From IMG/VR virus record IMGVR_UViG_3300027126_000006: 64,000 nt of DNA; one strand, written 5' to 3'. This DNA comes from a virus. Made by a program: the position numbers and the translations under genes. Positions 1 through 10,981 of this stretch are shown in pieces. The first letter of the stretch is position 1; every line of letters starts with the position of its first letter. The notes under the pieces are model-generated. The model saw only the letters and a list, made by a program, of their open reading frames with translations, did no database searches and was not told the origin of the DNA.

Positions 1-3000
1 GGTCTTGTGATCAAATTACCAGTGATCTGAAAGTTTCCGGTATTTGATTCTAATGCAAGATTACATTCGCTTCTTTCTCTTCCGGCATTTAAGCAGTTAT
101 TTGCAAATACACTGTTGAACCCTGGAGCTGTGATGTCACCTATGGTCAATGGATAATTAAAGTCTTCGACTAAGAATCCCGTCTTAAATCTATCAAGCCC
201 TGTAGCAGCATCAACAACATTATAGGTTCTTAAATTATTTTCCACCGCAGTTAATGTTGAAAACTGCTCAAGTTTATATACACGATTCTCAAGCCGGCCG
301 ATATCCGACATTGTATATCTTGTAGTGGCTCTCCGTCTTAGTGTTATCTTTTTAACATCCCAAGTGTAAGCAGGTACAAAAATTGATGCTAGAACATACA
401 ATCCTTGTTTAACAGGAGGATCAGAGGGTACATCAGACGGTGTTCCTTGAATTACACTTATCTCTCCCATCTTATCCACAACCACATGATCTCTTCTTGG
501 CACGTAGTAATTGATGCCTGAAGACTGAATAAAGTAGTCGTTAGCTAAGGTGCTAGCAATATGAGCTCCTGTCCCTGTGAAGGTGCCGTTTGTTCCTACT
601 GATGGTCTAAAGTCCAGACACTTGAGTAAGTTGAAGGTTCGACCTGAAGCCGACGCCTTATAAGTGGTACCATACTTCTCCCCACTGACCCCGGCATAAC
701 TATTGATAGAGAAATAATCACCGGCACCGTGGGAATAATAATCATAAGTGATTGACAACGTGCCTTGAGGGGCTGGTTTACCTGGTTTGAGGTTTAGAAT
801 ACCTCTCAAGTATGCGTAATCTCGCTGCCCATTATCAAGTGTAAAATTATCTGTGATGTTAGTTGTTACACTGAGGTATGTTTGTGTGATGGATACAATT
901 TTGATCACATCATTGTGGAGCAATGTAATCCTAGATCCAATTACACCAGTGCCATTGTTAACTAGATTAATTGCATCACCGCCAGCAGTAGTTGCTAGTT
1001 GGAAGGTATCAAGTGTTGCATTTTTTACGTAGTATACAGTACCGGCAGTTATCCCCGTAGTAGTCGTTATGCTACTGAACGTAATCGGAGATCCATTAAC
1101 AAACTCATGCGACGCAAGAGTCACAAGATTAGTAGAATCTGTAAATGTAACGTTGCTTAACGTAGCAGATTCTGTAAAGTTAGCAACAAGAGTTTTTGTC
1201 GCAGGGTTTGCACTTACTTTACTAAGTACGTAAATTGTAACTGTTTCACTTCCTGCTGTTGGATTGTACCCATTCATTTGAATCGTTGATGAGTTAACGC
1301 CCGAACTATATACCGTAAAGTACGTGGTTGGAATGATACCTGTAGTTGCGTTGTTAGGTCCCGTCTTGTTGCTAACAGCGACCAATATACCGGGTTCAAT
1401 AGCCGGAACTTCTCCATCGACTGTAAAGCTACCATTCAGTCCTGTACCATACGTGATTGTAGCAGTAGTATTTTGCCATGCATAATATGTGATACCAGGA
1501 GCCGATTGCACTTCTGCTACAGGTAGAGGAAAAATATAGTTACTTCGACCTACGGATGATAATTGAACAACATCAGTTACTGTGCTTACAACCTTTCCTG
1601 CTTCATTAACGCTAGCGCCGTTTGTTACACTATCGTGTAATTGTAATGGGGCTAAGGATGCAGTAGATTTATGAGCATATACCTCATCCGTAGATATATT
1701 GTGGTATCCTACAGTAACTCTTCGAAGTGGAGTTGTTCCATCAGACCCATAGTGGGTCAAGTTGGTTCCATATGCAAACTGAAATCCATTAGATGCTATA
1801 GTATATTTGTATAACACCTTAGCTGCAAAGTTAGCTAACCCTGTTGTTGCTCTAATACCTCCAACATCATCAAATCCCTTACCAGCCTCAAACGTAACAT
1901 CATACACCCAAAGTTTATAAACAGCATGGGTTGTTTGATCGCCATCATGATAATCAAACGCCATCACTTTAGCTGAACCTACAAGAGTAGGTGATCCTAC
2001 TGTGACATCACTTGTATTATAGAGATTAACTGTTGTTCTTTGTTTTGGATTGATGGTAGACCCAAACATATCGGTAACAAAGAAGTACTGACCATACTCT
2101 GGCTTGAATGATATCGCTTTAGTCTTTATGTGTGCTGCGGTTCTACCTTTAGGTACTTGTATCAATCTTTGGTATAAGTTATCAACTTCAAAGCCTTCAA
2201 TATATGCTTTTCCAGGAGAGACTTTAACCACAAAGTTATCTGCATTGCCAGTTGGCGCATCGTATACTCCGCCATTTTTACCAACACGTAGACTTTCTGT
2301 TACAGAGCATCGTAATCCATTAACCACGTAGTTACCAGACTCATCGTATGTTCTACGAGCAAGAGATTTTTCAAGTTCATTGTATTTTGCGTACCGAAGA
2401 TGTTCTTCAAGGACACCTTCTCTATATCTCATCAGTTCAATATAGTCGTTGCTAATTGTACTTTCATATGGGAGTGTGGTAAGAGTCAGTTTAATTTTAT
2501 ATCGATCTGCACCTGGAGCAGCGTAGTTGAAGCTACCTTGGGCAGGATCCAGGAGAGTACCATCATCATCAACAGTAACAACACTCTCGGTGATTTGGAG
2601 TAAGACGTGACAATCTGGTGTTTGAGTATACTTTGATATTACAACCGATTGTTTATCGACCGTTACAAATGTTCCTCTTGTGTAAAATACACCTTCATTC
2701 ACAAATGCTAGCGATCCTATTCCAGTTGCTGCGGTGGCAGCAACGGTGGCTGTGATAGAAGGAGAGTCTTCAATCTCAATTCCTTCTCCAGCTGTAAAAC
2801 TCAGTGCACCTGAACTACTACCACTAACGTAACTAACATAAAAAGTAATTGGATCGGCACCGCTTAAGTCTACAGTCTTCCTCACATAAGCTCTTACGCC
2901 TGATGTCACACCTTCGATAATTTTACCTTCAAATGAACTAAGCGATACGCCTGATCCTAACGAAGCTATTTTTACATAAGGTGCATTTGTATCCCCGTAA

Positions 3001-3194
3001 CAATTCCCCGGTATGACAACAGATCCCTCTTGAAATACGTGGTTGCCAAACTTTTCTATCTGGCCCCGTAGTATAGTTTGCATCTGAGTAAGTTCGCGTG
3101 CTTGAACAGCGTACCCAGGCTTAAACAATACCTGATGGAAATTCTTTTGTTCATCAAAGTCATCATAGTAAGGGGCAGTATTGAATGTTTTCAT
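1..3194 (-). CDS. DUF4815 / VrlC-like large baseplate-tail structural protein (3' end runs off the window start; missing from ORF track)
   Basis: ATG at 3194 reads MKTFNTAPYYDDFDEQKNFHQVLFKPGYAVQARELTQMQ, the typical N-terminus of this family; later ARRTYDESGNY, RYTMSDIGRLENR and DRFKTGFLVEDF motifs. Confidence 0.85.
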   Translation of the reverse strand, partial: MKTFNTAPYYDDFDEQKNFHQVLFKPGYAVQARELTQMQTILRGQIEKFGNHVFQEGSVVIPGNCYGDTNAPYVKIASLGSGVSLSSFEGKIIEGVTSGVRAYVRKTVDLSGADPITFYVSYVSGSSSGALSFTAGEGIEIEDSPSITATVAATAATGIGSLAFVNEGVFYTRGTFVTVDKQSVVISKYTQTPDCHVLLQITESVVTVDDDGTLLDPAQGSFNYAAPGADRYKIKLTLTTLPYESTISNDYIELMRYREGVLEEHLRYAKYNELEKSLARRTYDESGNYVVNGLRCSVTESLRVGKNGGVYDAPTGNADNFVVKVSPGKAYIEGFEVDNLYQRLIQVPKGRTAAHIKTKAISFKPEYGQYFFVTDMFGSTINPKQRTTVNLYNTSDVTVGSPTLVGSAKVMAFDYHDGDQTTHAVYKLWVYDVTFEAGKGFDDVGGIRATTGLANFAAKVLYKYTIASNGFQFAYGTNLTHYGSDGTTPLRRVTVGYHNISTDEVYAHKSTASLAPLQLHDSVTNGASVNEAGKVVSTVTDVVQLSSVGRSNYIFPLPVAEVQSAPGITYYAWQNTTATITYGTGLNGSFTVDGEVPAIEPGILVAVSNKTGPNNATTGIIPTTYFTVYSSGVNSSTIQMNGYNPTAGSETVTIYVLSKVSANPATKTLVANFTESATLSNVTFTDSTNLVTLASHEFVNGSPITFSSITTTTGITAGTVYYVKNATLDTFQLATTAGGDAINLVNNGTGVIGSRITLLHNDVIKIVSITQTYLSVTTNITDNFTLDNGQRDYAYLRGILNLKPGKPAPQGTLSITYDYYSHGAGDYFSINSYAGVSGEKYGTTYKASASGRTFNLLKCLDFRPSVGTNGTFTGTGAHIASTLANDYFIQSSGINYYVPRRDHVVVDKMGEISVIQGTPSDVPSDPPVKQGLYVLASIFVPAYTWDVKKITLRRRATTRYTMSDIGRLENRVYKLEQFSTLTAVENNLRTYNVVDAATGLDRFKTGFLVEDFNYPLTIGDITAPGFNSVFANNCLNAGRERSECNLALESNTGNFQITGNLITR

Positions 3195-3195
3195 A

Positions 3196-5748
3196 TTAGA
3201 ATGTTAAGTAGGTTCTAACAGCCAAAGCTGATGTTGATGAAGGAGTGAATGTAGTTCTGTTTGTGACATATAGTAGATTACCGGAATATTTATCCAGAGT
3301 CGGAACGAAAGTTACAGCAGATACTGTGTATGTCTGAGACGGATTAGATTCACGAGATATCACGCTACCAGGAGGTGGCGTATATTCAATATTACCAAGC
3401 AATTGTAACTTTATTGTAGTTCCTGATTTAGATATTACTCTAAACCGATGGGTATTGCACACGACAATTTCATCAACCAGAAAGTTATTTGGTGCACTTG
3501 TCATCACAACATCATACGCCGCAATGATAGATTGAAAGGCAATCTTTTGAAATGTGTTGATGTCAGTTGGGTTTTCAATTAATCCAAATTGCCTATAATC
3601 TTGTGTGAGTGCATTAAGAGCAATATCATCATCTCTAATTAAGCTATATACTGCAACGGTATCAGCATATAGTTCCTTCATAGCATCAGCGCCATGTCCT
3701 CCAGGTGGCGGGAGTACGGCATAAGCTTTGACATTTATATTAGGCACCCCAAGTCTTAGAGAGTCAGTAAAAGTCAAATTTGCGTATGTATATCCACTTC
3801 CTTTGTTTGTTACATCAATCCTTGTAATCTTACCATCAACGACTGTACATGTAGCGGTGGCCCCTACACCATCTCCAGTAATTGCTACTGTTGTACCATT
3901 ACCAGTACTGTAGCCTGTACCACCATTGACAATATTAAACCCGGTAACTAAACCACTAATATTAACGATTGGAGTAATGTCTGCGTTAAATCCATCACCC
4001 GTCACAGTTACCGTAGTTCCGGATGTTCCGTATCCCGATCCACTATTCACTAAAGTAACACCTGTGATAACTCCGCCTGTAATGATTGGCGTTGCCAATG
4101 CACCTGTTCCTGTTCCATTGATGGTGAGAACAGTTTTAGCGTGATATCCCGTGCCACCTGCTGCAATTATTCCCGTTCCATTGTTAACTAGGTCAATTGT
4201 AGCTCCGCCGGCAGTTAGTGACAATTCGAATGTATTTGCAGTAGCAGATTTGATGTAATATACTGTATTTGCAGTAATCCCAGTGGTAGTTGTTATTGAG
4301 CTAAACCTGATTGGGGAATCGTTAACAAATCCATGCGATTCGAGTGTCACTAGGTTTGTTGTTCCGTTAAAAGTAACATTTCCGCCTGGAGCAACTTTGA
4401 TTGTGTATATCTCCCCTGGAATGGCCGTTTGTTCTACATCAGATTGATTAGATGCATAGTCCGCTCCACTAATCACAGCTGAACAGAATGCAGGAGTAGT
4501 ACTTACTCCAGTAACCACTAAATTAATATATGAGTAGTCTTGACCGGTAGTACTAACAACAACGTCCACCAACTGGCCGTTATAGATTACAGGAGTGAAG
4601 GCAGCACCTTGACCATCACCAGTTGAGACTATAGCAGCTCCTGATGAATTTGTTGGATATCCAATACCTGGATCTTCAATATAGATATAGTCGATACGAC
4701 CATCCTTTATCTTAGCCCACACTTTTGCTGAGATATTACCTGGGTATTTGGCAGTTCCACCAGCAAGAGATGTTACAGATAGTGTCGGTGCTACGGTCCA
4801 CCCTGTTCCTGCATCAATTACCTTAATTTGTTGTATAGTGCCTGCGCTATCAACCCCAGGGATTAGTATTGGGTTAGCCCCAGCTTTAGCAGTACCTGTA
4901 CCATCAGTGATTAAGTTTATAGCAGACCCAGTTGGTGTAGCAGCTAATTGAAAGTAATTGGGAGTTGAGTTGATGACGTAGTACCGCGTGTTGATCGATA
5001 TACCAGTAGTTGACGTGATTGCGGAAAATTCTACTTGCATCCCATTAGAGTATCCATGGGATGTCCAATTCACTCTATTAGTCGAGTCTGTGAATGTGAC
5101 AGAACCTCCAGGTAGTTTAGTACCGCCTGAAATATCTATTGATGTCTGTATAGTTCCAGAATATCCTGAACCACTATCTGTAACGATAACTTCTTCAATT
5201 GCTCCCCTAGTATAGAAGGAGTCAGAAAGAGACTTTTGAACTGGCATCTTACCGCGCGACAAGAACTTCTGCCGCTTAAATGATGGTATGTTATACATAT
5301 ACTTCCACACATACCCATCAGTCAAGTATAGTAAAAAGTTAGTATTTCCTACACCAGTTGGCTTGATGGTGGAAGGAGCTCCATTATTGTTATACAGGCA
5401 TTTGTATACGTTATACTCATCTTCTTCACCATCTGTCACACAATAGAAATTTACACCTTTCATTACCGCTGTGTGATCCCACTCCGCAAACACCGTACCA
5501 GATCCCCACGAATGGCTTTGCGTCACTGCTGAAATTTCTGATGGTATTACTTTTCTGAGGAATAACATACCATCACGCACATCATTATCATTAATCAAAG
5601 CATCATTAGCTTCCTCTGGAATAGTGTCTGATACACTCCAGGGTTGTGTTCTACCGAGAAAGTAGTAGTAATTTGATCGCTGACGATAGATGTCATTCAA
5701 CAGTCTAGTGCATAGACTCGTTTTAAATTCCGGACGAATGTTTGCCAT
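3196..5748 (-). CDS. baseplate wedge protein gp8-like, with inserted beta-rich repeat domains
   Basis: YNVYKCLYNNNGAPSTIKP, DGYVWKYMY, PPGGHGADAMKEL, DYRQFGLIENP and DKYSGNLLY motifs; synteny. Confidence 0.85.
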   Translation of the reverse strand: MANIRPEFKTSLCTRLLNDIYRQRSNYYYFLGRTQPWSVSDTIPEEANDALINDNDVRDGMLFLRKVIPSEISAVTQSHSWGSGTVFAEWDHTAVMKGVNFYCVTDGEEDEYNVYKCLYNNNGAPSTIKPTGVGNTNFLLYLTDGYVWKYMYNIPSFKRQKFLSRGKMPVQKSLSDSFYTRGAIEEVIVTDSGSGYSGTIQTSIDISGGTKLPGGSVTFTDSTNRVNWTSHGYSNGMQVEFSAITSTTGISINTRYYVINSTPNYFQLAATPTGSAINLITDGTGTAKAGANPILIPGVDSAGTIQQIKVIDAGTGWTVAPTLSVTSLAGGTAKYPGNISAKVWAKIKDGRIDYIYIEDPGIGYPTNSSGAAIVSTGDGQGAAFTPVIYNGQLVDVVVSTTGQDYSYINLVVTGVSTTPAFCSAVISGADYASNQSDVEQTAIPGEIYTIKVAPGGNVTFNGTTNLVTLESHGFVNDSPIRFSSITTTTGITANTVYYIKSATANTFELSLTAGGATIDLVNNGTGIIAAGGTGYHAKTVLTINGTGTGALATPIITGGVITGVTLVNSGSGYGTSGTTVTVTGDGFNADITPIVNISGLVTGFNIVNGGTGYSTGNGTTVAITGDGVGATATCTVVDGKITRIDVTNKGSGYTYANLTFTDSLRLGVPNINVKAYAVLPPPGGHGADAMKELYADTVAVYSLIRDDDIALNALTQDYRQFGLIENPTDINTFQKIAFQSIIAAYDVVMTSAPNNFLVDEIVVCNTHRFRVISKSGTTIKLQLLGNIEYTPPPGSVISRESNPSQTYTVSAVTFVPTLDKYSGNLLYVTNRTTFTPSSTSALAVRTYLTF

Positions 5749-5757
5749 ATTCTGCTA

Positions 5758-6240
5758 TCAGTTGATTGTCACGTTCCAGTTAATCGTAAGAGTGTCGGCA
5801 GCTTCCTTGGCCACTGCACCAAATACTGTTCTACATAACATCGTACCACTGTTGATAGCACTGCTATTGAAGAGGCCGGCCTCTCTAAGAGCAGCATTGG
5901 TACCCTCACCAGGAGCAAAGATTGCTTGGAATGAAGCTACGTTATTTGAACTTGATGTAGTGCTGAAAGCTTTACGTGTGCTGGCCACTGAACCGGAGGT
6001 AATTTCTGCTTCAAGTCCAGTATTAGCGGCTGCCGGTGCTGTGCTACCAGTGCCTAGACCCATATGAGACATCGCATTATTAATAGTTGTTCCTTTAGCC
6101 AAATAGTTGGCCATCACATTTTTACCTGCTGTTACAATCAGGTTTGGAATATAGATATGTTGTTTAACATTCTGAGAAGGCCCTAGAAGGATGATTTCTA
6201 GCTCACCCTTCATTGTGAATAGTTCGTTAATGTTGGACAT
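5758..6240 (-). CDS. small virion/tail structural protein
   Basis: NLIVTAGK...MGLGTG...LREAGLF...DTLTINW pattern seen in phage tail-fibre-base proteins; lies between gp7 and gp8. Confidence 0.6.
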   Translation of the reverse strand: MSNINELFTMKGELEIILLGPSQNVKQHIYIPNLIVTAGKNVMANYLAKGTTINNAMSHMGLGTGSTAPAAANTGLEAEITSGSVASTRKAFSTTSSSNNVASFQAIFAPGEGTNAALREAGLFNSSAINSGTMLCRTVFGAVAKEAADTLTINWNVTIN

Positions 6241-6251
6241 TGGTATGCTCC

Positions 6252-8465
6252 TTATCCGAGGGTTAGAGTCTTAACTGCTACGTTATAGTACTCCGAGAAG
6301 TATGCTTCTGAGTCGTATATATCAACTGTTAGTGAGGATGTATCTGCAGAAACCATTGTTGCTGTTTCAAGTAACCCAGTAGGTTCTACTTGCTTAGTTA
6401 GGTCTTCGGTTGCTACTGCACTATCAGATATTGGTTTAACTACTGATATACTATTTATCGCGTCTGTTGGTGCTGATAATGTATCACTTGCAGGTTTATC
6501 TAATAATTTAGCTGCACTATCATTAGATGTGGCAGTATCAGATGCCGGCTTTGTAATCAATTTAGCTACATTGTTATCATCAGATGTAGCTGTATCATCA
6601 ACAGGTTTAATTATTAACCTACTTATTATTGAATCGGTTGGTTCTGCTAACGTCTCATCTCTAGGTTTATCGATGAGTTTTGCAACACTATCCTCTGGAG
6701 TAGAGGAGTCTGTTAACGGTTTTACTAACAGCTTACTAGTAATTTGTTCTGTTAGTGCAATAATTTCAGGAAGTGGTTTCTCAAGTATTTTGTTTGTTAA
6801 CAAGTCTACTGGAACACTAAATTGATCAAAGAAGTTCAGTACTGTGTCTTTTGATACAGTACTTGCTGTTATATTAAACGCAAGACTATCTCTTATATCA
6901 AATGTAGTGTATAATTTGGTACCGGCTGGGTGTAGTGATTGTAACACTCGTTTGAAACTCTTAGTGTTAACTTCACTAAACACATCATAGGAAAACTGCT
7001 GATAATATAGGTTGTCTTGTGTGTGAACCGTTTGATCCGATACAATGCTATTATTGGTTAACCAACTTCCAGGAAGATTGACGATTGTGTCGTATCCAAT
7101 CTTGACGATTGCATGAGCACCATAATAATCTTCTTCATTTAGTAAGTTGATTGCTGAGTCGCCTACAATGTCCACAAATGGCCCACTAGGACCTTCCGTC
7201 GCTAGGGTAAAGGTATTTGTTGTAGCGTTTTGAACGTAATAAAAAGACCTTGGCGTAGTGTCGGTAATTAAGTTTGTGTAAATGGTCGACGTTTTCAGTT
7301 CAACGATGTCGCCGTTTGCTAGACCATGGTTGGCTAACGTAATTGCATTTGTTACTGTATCAATAGTACCAGTCCCAACTACAAGTCCTGTACAGACATA
7401 AGGTACAGGAACTAGTGCACTAGTGAAGTCTATTACAACACCACCTACAGTGTTTGTGAGTTTTATCTGTTTAGGAGAAAGTACTTCATGGACATAGTAC
7501 GTTGTCCCTTCCACTATTTGTGTAACAGAGTCTTTCGTTATCTTTTGGAATACTATAGGACTATTAACACTAAGCCCATGATTATAAGAAAACTCAATGT
7601 AGTTATTTGTTGTGTCAATGAACCCGCGATTGAACTCAGTCCCTGCAGCTCCGCCAATAAACAGTCCAGTGCCAGAAGTAATCGAATGATTATACCCATG
7701 CTTCGTAATTTCAGCATGTATAATCCCGCCTGTTGGTGTCGTCGATATTACTTTGGCCAGAGATGGTAGAACTGTTCCTGGTATTGTAAACACTTGACCC
7801 TTTTGCCACTTTTCTCCGGGATCAATAACATTGATTGATGCAGGTGATGGTATCAAAGAACCAATGTATATTACTGCGCCGTTACTATTCTTAATATTGA
7901 CGAGTTGATTTACATAGGTAGGTATGCCGTACAAAGTATTGAAGAACAGTCTTACTTCATCATTACCTATATCTGTATATCGTATACATCTAACGCGAAG
8001 GTCTTCTCCAGTTGATTCGCGTACATAAAAGTATTCAAACGTTGATGGAAATTCGCCGTATATCTTACTAACAGTGATGAAGCTCTCTCTTTGCCACTTA
8101 GAGTTAGATGCTTTAAATACCTGATCGTAAGGATACTTTACCGAGGCCAAATCATCTTGATATACAATGCGAAGGAGATTTGTTAGAGCAGCTTCGGACC
8201 CTTTAGCACTGTAAATCTCTTTGATATTTTTAATGTACTTGAGATCAGGTGCGTCATTGAACAAACCATATACGTCTAAGCGATTCCTGAAGTACTGAAC
8301 AAACTGTTCAGGCGTTTTATCGATGTCGTTAATTGTTTCGAGGTGGTCGCCGTGGTTCTCTGACAACCACTTATAGTATTGCTTTACGAATTCGACGAAA
8401 GCAGGATACTGTTCCCTGACAAATTCAGGGAACTGATTCTTAACGACAAGTGGTAGAATATCCAT
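6252..8465 (-). CDS. baseplate wedge initiator gp7-like
   Basis: QFPEFVREQYPAFVEFVKQYY, IKEIYSAKGS, QDNLYYQQFSY and LHPAGTKLY motifs. Confidence 0.8.
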   Translation of the reverse strand: MDILPLVVKNQFPEFVREQYPAFVEFVKQYYKWLSENHGDHLETINDIDKTPEQFVQYFRNRLDVYGLFNDAPDLKYIKNIKEIYSAKGSEAALTNLLRIVYQDDLASVKYPYDQVFKASNSKWQRESFITVSKIYGEFPSTFEYFYVRESTGEDLRVRCIRYTDIGNDEVRLFFNTLYGIPTYVNQLVNIKNSNGAVIYIGSLIPSPASINVIDPGEKWQKGQVFTIPGTVLPSLAKVISTTPTGGIIHAEITKHGYNHSITSGTGLFIGGAAGTEFNRGFIDTTNNYIEFSYNHGLSVNSPIVFQKITKDSVTQIVEGTTYYVHEVLSPKQIKLTNTVGGVVIDFTSALVPVPYVCTGLVVGTGTIDTVTNAITLANHGLANGDIVELKTSTIYTNLITDTTPRSFYYVQNATTNTFTLATEGPSGPFVDIVGDSAINLLNEEDYYGAHAIVKIGYDTIVNLPGSWLTNNSIVSDQTVHTQDNLYYQQFSYDVFSEVNTKSFKRVLQSLHPAGTKLYTTFDIRDSLAFNITASTVSKDTVLNFFDQFSVPVDLLTNKILEKPLPEIIALTEQITSKLLVKPLTDSSTPEDSVAKLIDKPRDETLAEPTDSIISRLIIKPVDDTATSDDNNVAKLITKPASDTATSNDSAAKLLDKPASDTLSAPTDAINSISVVKPISDSAVATEDLTKQVEPTGLLETATMVSADTSSLTVDIYDSEAYFSEYYNVAVKTLTLG

Positions 8466-10279
8466 TAGCTTCTACTGGAGGTAAACTTGTATGGGTCTGT
8501 TGGTAGATCAACAATAGCCGAAACTGTTAGTAAGGCCTCATCAATATATGCAAACTGATGCTGGGTTGAAGCCACATCATTCGATTGAGGTTTGATAGTA
8601 AATGAGAAATTCTCATCATCATGACTAATAATATTTAGTCCAGTTATATACATAGTGCCACTACCATAGTCAACTGTACCAACATTCTTTACAGCTATCT
8701 TTTCGCCTGTGTTGTTATAGTAAAACAATCGAAGGGTTCCTTTGAGAGTGTCGACAGGAACATCTTCAATATAACACGTCTCTGTTGTGTCGGCAGCAGT
8801 AAATGCTCCTGACAAGATAGATTCTTCTGCTACCCCTGAGGAGTATATTGGATTTCCTAATGGGATTGTATATGATGATTCAATCCCATATATTGGTACA
8901 ATCTCTTTATGTAGTTTGACGGTTGTAATGTTACCAGTGATTGATCTATCTGTACCATCTATGATACTGTTTAACTTTGAAAACTTAAGAACTGAATTGA
9001 AGTCATTCAGAACAGTATTGTTGTAGTTGACAATGTTTAGACGAGTGAGAGATTCGATATCCCCTGCCGTCTTTGTTGTATATTGAGGATTATAATATAC
9101 GGAGGTGTGGAGTTCAATTTTTAGATACTCCGGGTCAACAATTTCTGCTGATATAGAGAGAACTTTCCTTGGTCCAACTATACTTTCAATTATGTATTTT
9201 TTCTCATCTACTGTCAACTGATCATTTGTCTCCGGAACAACGGAAATGAACACCTTACCGTACTGAGGTGGACTCATAGTCTCCCCACCCCATACATTGA
9301 CAGACTTAGAGTTAGAGAAGTTGTTCTTAATTATTGTCTTATAGTCATCAATAGTAACGCATCTATTCTGAGACGCAAACGCTCTTGGTGCTGCCCATCT
9401 AATTGATTCTATATCTTCTGCGAAACTACCATTAGAAGCAGATGTTATGGTACTCACTACAGCAGATCCGCTGTTTGGCACTTCTCCGGCAAACGTAAAC
9501 GCATTAGCTCCATTCAATAACGACCCATTACAAGTCATGTACGTTATTGTAATGTAGTTACCATTATCAAGAGATCGACCAACAACACCATTGCCAAACT
9601 GTATCTCATACAAGCCTTCATCCGTTTCCTTGATAAAGTATGCATATGACGCAGAGTTGATGTTCATCACAGTCTCTGCCCGCGTGTAAGTGTCATACAC
9701 ATTGGATCCAGAGTTCTCTTGAACTCGTACTGTTAGTGTATTAAGATCGACGTTGGTGTTGGGGATGATGTATGTCTCACCTTCTGCTACCGTATAGGCA
9801 TATGTCAGTTCATTGCCTTCTTTGATTACCACATTATTGAATATAAACTGCGACCCTGTACGGATCGATGTATATGCTTGTGTGGTATTGAATACGTATG
9901 GTACACCATCCACTTGTGTAGTGAACTTAGTTCCTTTACCAATCGTATATGTGTGGTCTGTATTTGTACCTGCATTAATTGTTAAGTTTACAACTGCAAG
10001 TGCCCCAGTAGCAGACCTCGGAATGTAACCAAGCTCCTTTGCTTTTGATACCACGCTTGCTCGTTTTGAAGCAGAATCAATGAACATCTCATTGATTGCA
10101 AGGTTTGTGTAGAGGGCGTTGTAGTGAGTGTTGTATGCTAACACATCAAGAAGCAAGGACAATCCAGATCCATCAAAGTTATAATCTGTATACTGAGCTT
10201 GACCGGATAGGTATTCTTTGAGAGAAGCCTTGATCTCATCAAACTCTAATGCGGTTGTTGTAATCTTTTGGTTAGCCAT
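8465..10279 (-). CDS. baseplate wedge subunit gp6
   Basis: LEFDEIKASLKEYL...DYNFDGSGLSLLLDVLAYNTHY, SQNRCVTIDDY and WGGE...YGKVFIS motifs. Confidence 0.93.
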   Translation of the reverse strand: MANQKITTTALEFDEIKASLKEYLSGQAQYTDYNFDGSGLSLLLDVLAYNTHYNALYTNLAINEMFIDSASKRASVVSKAKELGYIPRSATGALAVVNLTINAGTNTDHTYTIGKGTKFTTQVDGVPYVFNTTQAYTSIRTGSQFIFNNVVIKEGNELTYAYTVAEGETYIIPNTNVDLNTLTVRVQENSGSNVYDTYTRAETVMNINSASYAYFIKETDEGLYEIQFGNGVVGRSLDNGNYITITYMTCNGSLLNGANAFTFAGEVPNSGSAVVSTITSASNGSFAEDIESIRWAAPRAFASQNRCVTIDDYKTIIKNNFSNSKSVNVWGGETMSPPQYGKVFISVVPETNDQLTVDEKKYIIESIVGPRKVLSISAEIVDPEYLKIELHTSVYYNPQYTTKTAGDIESLTRLNIVNYNNTVLNDFNSVLKFSKLNSIIDGTDRSITGNITTVKLHKEIVPIYGIESSYTIPLGNPIYSSGVAEESILSGAFTAADTTETCYIEDVPVDTLKGTLRLFYYNNTGEKIAVKNVGTVDYGSGTMYITGLNIISHDDENFSFTIKPQSNDVASTQHQFAYIDEALLTVSAIVDLPTDPYKFTSSRS

Positions 10280-10671
10280 TATCGAGTTCTCTGTAAAATC
10301 AGGTTAACTGTTATTGGTTCTGAGGTGTTTACAATCACAAATACTATCGACACGTATATGCTATTGTTATCTACGTTTGGCCGGACATCGACGTTAATTA
10401 AGTTTACTCTTGGCTCAAAATTTTCAATAGTATTTCGTATTGAAGTAATGATCATTGCTTTTGTAAGCGGAGTGAACATTTCAAACAACAAACTATTCAC
10501 CTCAGATCCTATCTCTGGATGGAATAGTCTCTCGTAGTGATTAGTCAACACTAGGTTCTTAACCGATTGTTTGATAGCATTATCGTCAAACTTTTTCGAT
10601 ATATCACCAGTATCGGGGTGAGCAATAAAGTTTAGATCGATATCGGCAAATGTTCTGGTATATCTTGACAT
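10279..10671 (-). CDS. baseplate wedge subunit gp25
   Basis: AIKQSVKNLVLTNHYERLFHPEIGS and IENFEPRV motifs. Confidence 0.92.
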   Translation of the reverse strand: MSRYTRTFADIDLNFIAHPDTGDISKKFDDNAIKQSVKNLVLTNHYERLFHPEIGSEVNSLLFEMFTPLTKAMIITSIRNTIENFEPRVNLINVDVRPNVDNNSIYVSIVFVIVNTSEPITVNLILQRTR

Positions 10672-10674
10672 AAT

Positions 10675-10950
10675 TTAGCCGCCGATGAAGACGTTACTGG
10701 AACCTTGAGCTACTACAGATCCACAAGTGATTGGATCTCCAATTCTTCCTGCTGATTTACCGTTAACATAAACTGTCGATGATCCCATTGCTAAAGTGCC
10801 ACTATGGCCAAAATGAATTGCCCAGCCATCATCTTCACGATGAACTCCAATGCCATTTACAAATACATTACTTGATCCTTGTATACTAGGTCTTGGAGCT
10901 GCCTTTGCGTGGCCACTGCATAGATCACCAATACGAGTTGCTGCTGGCAT
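10675..10950 (-). CDS. PAAR-repeat spike tip protein (gp5.4-like)
   Basis: MPAATRIGD...GSSNVFVNG...AGRIGDPITCGS. Confidence 0.92.
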   Translation of the reverse strand: MPAATRIGDLCSGHAKAAPRPSIQGSSNVFVNGIGVHREDDGWAIHFGHSGTLAMGSSTVYVNGKSAGRIGDPITCGSVVAQGSSNVFIGG

Positions 10951-10973
10951 ACATTCTCCGTGTAGTTATTAGG

Positions 10974-10981
10974 TATTTATA
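10974..10981 (-). promoter_or_regulatory. T4-type late promoter TATAAATA upstream of the PAAR gene
   Basis: forward tatttata 24 nt upstream of the PAAR start. Confidence 0.7.
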
